Assembly (NCBI GenBank): GCA_001275005.1
Contig: JWZX01003084.1
Coordinates: 1-34,162 of the forward strand
Reading direction: 5' to 3'
Length of the DNA: 34,162 nt
DNA from: Chrysochromulina tobinii
Taxonomy: Eukaryota
A model generated the notes under the pieces. That model saw nothing but the letters and a program-made list of their open reading frames with translations, did no database searches and had not been told where the DNA came from. A program made the position numbers and the translations under genes. Shown one piece after another: positions 1 to 7,926 of the stretch; positions within the stretch are counted from its first letter, which is position 1, and every line of letters begins with the position of its first letter.

Positions 1-2
1 AG

Positions 3-1436
3 GGGGGAGGGGGCGGCTGGAGCGCCGTGATGAGCAGCGGCAGCAGCAGCAGCTTGAGCGCCGTCTTGAGCGGCGGTGGCGGCAGAGTCGTCGGCAGCAG
101 CAGCCGCCGCGGCGGCAGCAGCGCGCGCGTCGCGGATTGCCTCGTGTGCGTCACGCCCCATCTCGTCGGCAGCGGCCGGCCTCCGCTCACTGGTGCACCG
201 ATGCTGCTGGGCACTGGTGCCGTGTTCGCGGCGCTCGTGCCCTTGATCCCGACGACGGCCATGTACTACTGCGAGCACAACACCCTGTACACCGGCGGCG
301 CGCCAGAATCATACGCGCAGTCGCTCGGCGGGCTGGCTCGCCTGTACGCGGAGGCCATCAAGCAGGCGTGCTGCCGCGCAGGCGCCGTCGCGGGCGGCCG
401 GCCCTCCGTCGATCCCTTTTTGGACCATCTGACGGGCGCCGTCGCGAGCGGCCAGCCCTCCGTCGATCCCTTGGACCATCTGACGGGCGCCGTACCGGGC
501 GCAGGCGCCGTCGCGGGCGGCCGGCCCTCCGTCGATCCCTTGGACCATCTGACGGGCGCCGTACCGGGCGCGCACGGCGAAGGCTACTTTGACCTCATCG
601 GTGGCAGTTGGGGAGGGTACATGGCCCACCAGATCGCGCTCGTGGCGCAGCAGATCGGCGCGCCGTGTCGGCGGCTTGTACTCCTCGACCCGAACCCGCC
701 CACCGTGGGCCGCGCTCCCAGCCTGGCGCCCAGTACGGCGCGCGAGGCGGTGCATGCGCTGCTCGCCACGATGCTCGACGCGGCGGCGGCCGGCGCTCAA
801 GACGGCGCTCAAGACGGCGCTCAAGTCGGCGTCCAGGGTAGCGCCCGGGACGGCGCGCGGCTTGGCGCTCGGTACGGCGCGTGGCGCCAACCGCCCGAGG
901 GTGACGATGGCGGCGGTGGGGTCCGCAGCACCTTTGACGCCCTGGCCGACGAGATTGCGATCTGGCCCGACGCCGAGCTCATCCCCCGCGCGGCGCAGCG
1001 GCTGGTGGGCGCGGGGCTGATGGCAGACACCATCGAGGCCGTCGTCGCGCTCGGTCGGCGCGTACTAGTCTATCAACACCAGGACCTGATGATGAGGCAA
1101 CACCTGGCGCGCGCATTCGAAGAGGGGACGCCCCTTCCACAGCTCGACTGCCCCACGCTCCTCGTGCTCGCGACGACGCGTGCGGACTTTTTCGAACGGG
1201 CGTTCGCGCTCGGTACGACGCGCGAAACGGCCGGAATGGAGCGGGCACGGGAGTTTGGCGCGGTCCGCCGAGAACTTGTGCTCGAGGGCACGCACCAGAG
1301 CGTCGTGCAGCGGTGCGCGACCGGCACCGAGCGCCGCTTCGTGCACGCGCTGCTCGAGTTCCTGGCGGCGAGTGGATTTGAGGCGTCGTCAGAGGCGTCG
1401 GTCCCTAGTCGGCGGGTTTCGTGGGCGCAGACATAG
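3..1436 (+). CDS. C-terminal thioesterase (alpha/beta hydrolase) domain of a PKS/NRPS-type protein; probably 5'-truncated by the window edge
   Basis: The frame is open from position 3. It has the TE-like pattern SLGGLARLYAEAIK...FDLIGGSWGGYMAHQIA (GxSxG), RLVLLDP (acid) and LEGTHQSV (His), preceded by a Gly/Ser linker. Confidence 0.75.
   Translation, partial: GGGGGWSAVMSSGSSSSLSAVLSGGGGRVVGSSSRRGGSSARVADCLVCVTPHLVGSGRPPLTGAPMLLGTGAVFAALVPLIPTTAMYYCEHNTLYTGGAPESYAQSLGGLARLYAEAIKQACCRAGAVAGGRPSVDPFLDHLTGAVASGQPSVDPLDHLTGAVPGAGAVAGGRPSVDPLDHLTGAVPGAHGEGYFDLIGGSWGGYMAHQIALVAQQIGAPCRRLVLLDPNPPTVGRAPSLAPSTAREAVHALLATMLDAAAAGAQDGAQDGAQVGVQGSARDGARLGARYGAWRQPPEGDDGGGGVRSTFDALADEIAIWPDAELIPRAAQRLVGAGLMADTIEAVVALGRRVLVYQHQDLMMRQHLARAFEEGTPLPQLDCPTLLVLATTRADFFERAFALGTTRETAGMERAREFGAVRRELVLEGTHQSVVQRCATGTERRFVHALLEFLAASGFEASSEASVPSRRVSWAQT
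381..571 (+). repeat. In-frame coding minisatellite, 3 units of ~51-66 bp (GAVAGGRPSVDPLDHLT)
   Basis: Three near-identical copies of ccctccgtcgatccc(ttt)ttggaccatctgacgggcgccgt. Confidence 0.9.
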
Positions 1437-2101
1437 GATTCCTACTCATAGCAGTATGGAACAGGAACCCCTAGAGATCCACCTTTACGGTCGCCGCTTC
1501 GGATCCGACGGGCGCCCCGCGAACGCACATCTAGACACTAGCGGTAGAGCGCGAAGTCGAACGGCTTCGAACACTCAACGCTGCAGAAAAATTAGATAGT
1601 ACTAGTTTAAGCTTTGCGAAGTACAGAACCTTCCTCTAGCAACACCAGTAGTATCAGATACGAATGAAAACCCTTTTTTCTCTCTAAGCACTAAGGGGGG
1701 TGTACTCAGTTAGTGTGCTGCATCACTGCAGACCGTACCCTACTGTATGGTCTCACCACCACCTGTAAGTACATGTACGCGCCCATCGCGTTCGGGTCAC
1801 CACGTTACGAATGTGTAATGGGCCCGGCCATCGGCCACGAGGCAATTTGGCTCCTACCCGTAGTGTACATGTACAGGCCCGGCCTCCTGGCCTGCTCCTG
1901 GCCCGCTTACTCCGCCCGGGGGTGGCGCTGGCGGTGAAGTCACGCGGATCGACGTACATATTCGCACGGTTTTAGTGTGTATCCAAAAAAGCTCGATTGC
2001 CCTACGAGGACTTCTCCCACGCCAACCAAATTCGAGCACTCGGCATGCATCGGTTCATTGCGTACATGTTTTATGTATGCCCGTTACTCATTTCGCAACG
2101 C

Positions 2102-3891
2102 GATGGAAAGCACGCCACCGTCGCCGACGGCTCTCGACCCAAGCGCTCGAGCGCATGTCCGCCGATTGGTCCGTGACGTGACGTGCTGTGCGGGTCTGGG
2201 TTGCCGGGTGTCCGCCAACCGCGTCTCGTGGGCCAAAGGTGCGTTCGGCTCGCAAGCCAACACGATGCTCACTGTGATGGTGGCCAACTTGCTCAATGGC
2301 ACCGCCACGAGCGCAAGTCGCATGCACTTTGTGCCCTTCACTCAGGATCGGGTGAGCCCGCAGCGCTTTGTTGACTCGAAGCGCTGCCGCGTCCACGGGC
2401 AAGGGAGCACCGGCGCCGCTTGCCTGTTTGTGCCAATCGAGAGTCTCTGTAAGAGCAGCAGTCGTAACGTAGACGAGGGCCCGAACGCGCCGTGGACCTC
2501 AAGTACTGCTGCCATGCAGGCTGCGGCCGCGTCCCAGCTCAGGCTTGTGCATCCGTACCTGATCGCGACTGAGGCGGCTCAGCTACTGTTCACACCGAAC
2601 GAGTGGCTCGCACAGCGGTGTGCGGCGCTCGCACAGGCGCTCGGCGCCGAGACACGCGCCGGGCTCGGTCTGCACGTTCGGCGTGGCGACAAGCTGAGCG
2701 CGCATGGCCACGAGGCGATCAGTCTGCCGCCTGCCTCCTCGATCGCTCGCCAAGTGGCGCGCCAGGCGTGGCGCCATCGGCTGGAGAGTGTGCTGCTCCT
2801 CTCGGACGACCCACAACTGGCGCACGACCTCGCCGCCCTGCTGCCTCACCTTCGAGTCACGGCACTCGAGCTGCCGGCGATGACGGCAGCGACGAACAGG
2901 AGCGGACGCCACCGCGTGGTGACCGGTATCAGTCCTTCTCGGCGCGCGGCGCCGGTCGACCCAAATCTCGACCGAAACGAGATTGTTGCGAGCTCGTCGG
3001 AGATGCCGTCGGAGGTGCCGACGCTCATCACGACGCGTCGCTCCACCGGCAACTCGACCCATCCCGGCTACCTCATTCACACCGAGGATGTGGCGTTGGC
3101 CGTCGTTCGTGCGCTCGAGCGATGGCCGCCGTGCGGCCTGCCGGCGACCGGAGGAATGCCTGCCCTACCGGCCTGCCGCCCGCTCGTCCTTCTGAGCCGC
3201 GCACCGAACGCCGCATCGGGCACACCTGACGCCGTATCGGGCACCTCGCGCGCGGTGCCGCGCATCCTGAGGTTGAGCGAGAGCTCTGCTGCGGGCCACG
3301 TGGCAAGCTCTGCTGCGGCCCACGTGGCGGCGCTCTTCTCGGGTACGCTGTGGGATTGCACACTGATTGCACGAGACGTCTGAGTGCGCGTCACATCTGA
3401 TTGCATCTGATGATAATCTGATGACCTTAATGATGAACCTCTGATTGCATCCCTCATCAGGCACGCTGGCCACCTCCGAGGTCGACCTGGGCGCGCTGTT
3501 GTGGGCGGCCATTTGGAGCCTCGCGAACACGCCGTTGGTGATGGCCTCGTCTGCGTCGAATATTGGCACGCTACTCTTCACGCTACACGGCCTACGTGGG
3601 GCGCAGCGCGGCGGCGGCGGCGGCGAGCGCTCGGCATGGCGCTCGGGCTTGCCGCTGCTCATCGACACCGAGGCCTCGTCGCCGTACTCGTCGCCCCGAA
3701 GGCCCGCGCGGCCCCGCCCGCGGACAAATGGCACACTCGGCCTCGGTATCGACCTCGAGGACGTCAGGGGGCAGCTCGAGCTTGGCCTCGAGCACGGAAA
3801 GTACTTTTGTCGGCTCGATTGGGGCATGCGCCGTTTCGGGCTGTGCACGGCGGGAGAGCTGGGAAGACACCGACCGGGCAAGCCCTGGTGA
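2102..3891 (+). CDS. FUT8/GT23-like (alpha-1,6-fucosyltransferase superfamily) glycosyltransferase; two exons, ~2102-3342 and 3461-3891
   Basis: Exon 1 has motif I GLHVRRGDK and motif II VLLLSDDP. Exon 2 has the motif III-like AIWSLANTPLVMASSASNIGTL. A GT-AG intron at 3343-3460 joins the two ORFs in phase (G|GC = Gly). Start codon uncertain. Confidence 0.7.
3343..3460 (+). other. Spliceosomal intron (118 bp) with CTGATTGC repeats
   Basis: G|gtacgc...catcag|GC; AT-richer than the exons, contains stops, and its removal restores the reading frame. Confidence 0.8.
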
Positions 3892-4147
3892 ATCTACTCA
3901 CGCTCTCTTTTCTCTCTCTTTTGCCAGTGGCTCTCGGCTTATGCGTCTCTCGACTCCAAAGTAACGACTCAGTACTCGTTTTTGTGTGTGGTAGTACTCT
4001 AGTTACACATATCTTACCTGTGGATACAACATCCCACCCCGCACCCGGAGGACAACACTGAACATGCAACATGCACGCGCTCCTCTCAGGGTGTTTTTCT
4101 GGTTCAGCTGGCCGTGAGAGCGAGGGATCGAGGGATTGTCGTACTTA

Positions 4148-4334
4148 CATGTAAAGCAGGTCGACCTGTGTGTGTGTGGTGTGCCATAATTATGCATGTA
4201 AAAGCAGGTCGACTACATGTTCATTAACATGTAAAAGTAGGTCGACTCATGATTCATGTTGATTATGGGTTTATAGCACACACACACACAGACGACCGTT
4301 GCAGACGCCCTTGTGCAGACGACCGTACAGACGA
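4148..4334. repeat. Intergenic composite repeat: 3 x CATGTAAA(A)G(C/T)AGGTCGAC overlapping an inverted repeat, followed by 4 x CAGACG
   Basis: Direct copies at 4148-4165, 4195-4213 and 4228-4246. Inverted arms are ctgtgtgtgtgtggtgtgccataa (4166-4189) and ttatagcacacacacacacag (4271-4291). Confidence 0.75.
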
Positions 4335-4502
4335 GGCGAGGTGTGGGTTTGAGATCCAGCATCCACGGACGCCGCCGTAGAGAGATCAAGTTACAGCAAG
4401 AACAGCAAAGTTCCCTCCCCTCACGTTCACACGCGATCGGAGGCGGTGTGAACCCGGGTCATTCACGCTGTTCACGATGAGAAAGGAGGGAAAACGGAAA
4501 CC

Positions 4503-5915
4503 ATGGGCAACCTCTCCAATCCCTGTCGGACCACGCAACATACGTTGCTATCTCGCGAATACTGGCTGCACACGCCATGCTGCCGGACGACTACCGACGG
4601 CCTTCGGCCGCTTGTGATCATGCTGCATGGCTGGGGCGACAGGGCAGGCGAGTACGCAGGCGCACAAGTGGCCTCACCTTATGCCTGGCGTGCTGGTGCT
4701 GATCGCTGGACGGACGAAGCAGAGGCCGCGTGCTTCCATGTGGCTTGGCCGCAAGGAGTGATCGGACGCAACCAGGTCAGCCCTGCCGCAGGCACGAGCT
4801 CTTGGAATGCTGGAGGATGCTCGAGTGGGGGGGAAGACCTGTGTGATGCAACATCACGAAGTACAACGTGCTTCCGCGAAACGTGTCACGGCGCGTGTTC
4901 ACCGTGCGCGTGGTGCTCATGCACCGATGACGTCGGGTTCATCACACAGTTGGCGCAGTTTCTGCTGGCCTCTGACTTAGGCATCGACCGACAACGCATC
5001 TTCCTAGCCGGGTGCTCTAACGGTGGCATGATGACCTGGGAAGTGGCGCTGCATGGGCCGCCGGGGCTCTTCGCCGCCTTCGCGACGAACTGCGGCGTGC
5101 CCCACGTGGGCTATATGTGCACGCCGCCACGGCCATTCAACCTCATCCATATCCACGCAGGCAACGATCACGTCATTCCATTTGACGGCTCGCCCGCAAC
5201 AGATGGCGCCTATCGATACACGTCCGCCGACGATGCCCTTGCTGCCGTGACCACCTCCACGCTCGGTGGATGCCAGAACGGGACAAGCACGTGGTACAGC
5301 TTGTATGAGGCGTACGCACATCCCCAGCCGATCTCCGAGAGCCCGCGCTCCGCACTTCCGTGGCTTGACGGCATTCGCCTCGCTCGTCGAAATGCGACAG
5401 ACGACTTCAACGACGGCCGATGCCGTCTGCGGGCATCGTGTGCCGACGGCGTCGAGCTGGTGCTATGCACGGGCAACTTTGCGCACGATTGGCCGGCATG
5501 GGCAGCCGCGGTGACGTGGCGGTTCTTCGAGCACGTCACGCGGAATGTATCCGATGCAAGCCAAGGCGTGGTTGGCAACTCGGTGGCCGATGCACAGCCG
5601 TTGTTCCCTCAGTGCCGTCCGCGTCCACCACCGCCGCCGTACCCTCCATCACGTCCACCCTTGCCACCCTCCTTTTTTTCGACCCGAGGCAGTCTCTATC
5701 TGGCCGTCGTCCTTCTGGGTCTCGTGGCGCTGGGAGCGCTCTTCATGCTCGTCAGACGCCGAGCTGCCAAGGGCAACAAGTCCAACAAATGGTCCAAAGC
5801 GAGAGCGGAGGCGGCCATGGACGACAGCGACATTGGTGGTGGCTTTGACATGGAGATGAACGAGGCGGCCGTTGCTGCGGCCAAGTCGTCTGATAAGAAG
5901 GGTGATAGAAAGTGA
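4503..5915 (+). CDS. Alpha/beta hydrolase of the PHB depolymerase/LpqC/CE1-like esterase type, with Pro-rich stalk and C-terminal TM helix
   Basis: PLVIMLHGWG, SWNAG, DDVGFI, IDRQRIFLAGCSNGGMM (GxSxG), HIHAGNDHVIP and HDWP; then PPPPPYPPSRPPLPP and hydrophobic LYLAVVLLGLVALGALFML followed by RRR. Confidence 0.8.
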   Translation: MGNLSNPCRTTQHTLLSREYWLHTPCCRTTTDGLRPLVIMLHGWGDRAGEYAGAQVASPYAWRAGADRWTDEAEAACFHVAWPQGVIGRNQVSPAAGTSSWNAGGCSSGGEDLCDATSRSTTCFRETCHGACSPCAWCSCTDDVGFITQLAQFLLASDLGIDRQRIFLAGCSNGGMMTWEVALHGPPGLFAAFATNCGVPHVGYMCTPPRPFNLIHIHAGNDHVIPFDGSPATDGAYRYTSADDALAAVTTSTLGGCQNGTSTWYSLYEAYAHPQPISESPRSALPWLDGIRLARRNATDDFNDGRCRLRASCADGVELVLCTGNFAHDWPAWAAAVTWRFFEHVTRNVSDASQGVVGNSVADAQPLFPQCRPRPPPPPYPPSRPPLPPSFFSTRGSLYLAVVLLGLVALGALFMLVRRRAAKGNKSNKWSKARAEAAMDDSDIGGGFDMEMNEAAVAAAKSSDKKGDRK

Positions 5916-6312
5916 AGACGTGGCCGCGCCCCAAACTACACGTTGTGGTGACTGCGGCACGCGCTGTGTGTCATCACGGTCTCAGCGCAACTCGGCAGCC
6001 ATGGCTCCTGAGAGTAACTCGGCATCTACAGAGATGACCAATCCGTCGCACGCCGAGGGTGTGAGGCCCTTCCGAGGTGCTCATGACTGATCAGTGACGA
6101 GATTGAGATGTGGCTTGAGATCCTCTGCGGAGATCCGATCCGATCTGTGCGAGCGCGCGCGACATCGGACATACTCCACTTGGGGTACGTGTAGTTATGG
6201 ATTCTCAAAAAGTCAAAGTATCTACTTTCTCATCCGATCGGATCCATCGCGATTCGAATCGTATAGTACGGACGCTCGATAGTGGTGATCATCGCAAGCG
6301 GGCCCGTACACG

Positions 6313-7113
6313 TCAAGCAATCGGCCGATTGCCGGCACTGTGCAAGCTCGACGGAACATTTCGTCTGTCCTGCACAAAGAAGCCCTGGCCAAAGGTGCCT
6401 GGGATCCTGAAAGGTGGAGGATGAATACAATTCCACCGCGGCTTTCCTGGTCTGTGCACGCATCTTGAATGCATCCCTTGGTCAATCTGCACGCCAAACG
6501 GATAGCAACTATCGGTCAGATCGAGGAGCCATTGAGCAGTATGAGGTAAGATAAAGATGGCGTGCGTGGTAAAGAAATTGTTCCACTCTCCTAAGTACGC
6601 TAGGTCACATCGTTGATTGGACTCCAAGCACGACGTCACGACGAAGTTTGACACTGATTCGTTGTGCCCACTACCCGCGTATGCAACATCATCTTCAAAG
6701 ACGGCCATGGCAACACCTGTGCTCGCGATCAAAGTCCACGCGTTCCTCATTGCATGACGCAGCCCATTTCCACCGCCTCCACACAACGTGTAATTGGTCT
6801 CATTGAGGAAGACAGCAGGTATCCAAACGGTTGACCGAATGTCCGACTTTCTAATTTCGCTGGCTGCTCGTTCAAATCGTTGAACGGATGCTGCAATCAC
6901 GAGCGCCGTAATGTTCAGGCGAGCATCACGCACATGCTCATTCATGCCATGCAGATTGTCATCGAGGCGTCCAGGAATCCCAGCAGGAGCCCAAGGCAGA
7001 TCGCGATTACTGGGAACGTCTGTGGCCAATGGGTCGTCTCCGCTGGCCATCTCCATAAAATTTGAATCGCCGGCAGAGGAGCGAGGCGCGAGCATCAGTA
7101 GCAACCATCTCAT
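6313..7113 (-). CDS. GT25-like glycosyltransferase with N-terminal signal peptide
   Basis: MRWLLLMLAPRSSAG signal-like start at 7113; HAMRNAWTLI...AVFEDDV, DLAYLGE, TTHAIFI and QID motifs typical of GT25-like proteins. Confidence 0.6.
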   Translation of the reverse strand: MRWLLLMLAPRSSAGDSNFMEMASGDDPLATDVPSNRDLPWAPAGIPGRLDDNLHGMNEHVRDARLNITALVIAASVQRFERAASEIRKSDIRSTVWIPAVFLNETNYTLCGGGGNGLRHAMRNAWTLIASTGVAMAVFEDDVAYAGSGHNESVSNFVVTSCLESNQRCDLAYLGEWNNFFTTHAIFILPHTAQWLLDLTDSCYPFGVQIDQGMHSRCVHRPGKPRWNCIHPPPFRIPGTFGQGFFVQDRRNVPSSLHSAGNRPIA

Positions 7114-7292
7114 CGTCCGCACGCACGCACGCGACGCACGCGGCGGCTCGGCCCTCGGGCGCCGAGCGATACCGGTACATGTTTGTCCCGGCTCCCCCGG
7201 TGACATTTTACCGGTACATGTTTTGAATGTTCAGTTCTAAAGTTGAGCCGTCCGAAGGAAATATCTGAGTCAGCCCTGTAATTCATGAAACA

Positions 7293-7557
7293 ATTGCGGC
7301 CTACTCGGCCGTGATCGGGCTCATGCCCGCCAGACGGTCCCTACCGTCATGTGTTAGTGCGTGCCCCCTGTGTGTGGTCCTGGCCCCTTGTGGCCCCCGG
7401 AGCGTGGCACAGCGCCCCGATTTCCTAATCGGGCGCGCGCTCGCTTCCCCTGAGGCATAGCGATCGCTTCCCGCAAGCGCGCTTTCTTTCCTCAGGCGTG
7501 AGTCCGGTGAGTCGGGGCTCGGGGGCTGCTCGGGCCTGTTGCGGCTCTCTGCGCACT
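7293..7557 (+). ncRNA. Candidate structured ncRNA or folded element, family unassigned
   Basis: Three consecutive hairpins (7293-7315, 7316-7329, 7333-7348), then a long stem (7356-7362 with 7551-7557) ending in a two-hairpin junction; many G-U pairs on the + strand. Confidence 0.4.
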
Positions 7558-7926
7558 CCGTGTGCGACGTCTTATGTTACTCACGTACTACTCAAGTAGT
7601 CACTCTTTCCGTGACGAGAACACTTCCGATAACGACTGTAATTCGCGGCGATGGTCATTGTTAGGGCATGCACGGCATTGAAAGGTTCCTTGAGAGTACG
7701 AGTACAATGTACAAAACGTTTTGTCCTAGAGCTATAGTACCCGTTTGTACGGCGACGACACGTGGCCCAAGACCGCAAGACGATCCATGCCAGATGGAGA
7801 TGCAACACCCGCTCACTCTGAGTACCAGAAGACGCGCTGATGATAAGGGCATAAACAATTGGGGCTGTCCTGAAGTAGGCCGCTCGAGGAGCGCCAGCCG
7901 CGGCTGTGGGCAGAGAGCCTCATCGA

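Noticed and set aside
4008..4022. U1 snRNA-like 5' end (atcttacctg)
   Set aside because: Imperfect match, and no U1 stem-loop motifs or Sm site follow.
4148..4246. CRISPR-like repeat-spacer pattern
   Set aside because: Only three 18-19-bp repeats, unequal short spacers (29 and 14 bp), no cas genes, and a eukaryotic context.
6130..6285. Cluster of short GATC/CGAT palindromes between convergent genes
   Set aside because: Short, low-complexity, with no extended structure or defined boundaries.
7449..7496. Hammerhead-like core on the minus strand (CTGAGGA-aa-GAAA...CTA)
   Set aside because: There is no stem II, stem I does not form, and the core is sequestered in the cctgagg/cctcagg helix.
7250..7560. 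Assignment of the structured element as SRP, U3, RNase P/MRP or telomerase RNA
   Set aside because: No SRP helix 8 motif, no box C (UGAUGA), no complete P4 pair, and no CUAACCCU-type template found by eye.
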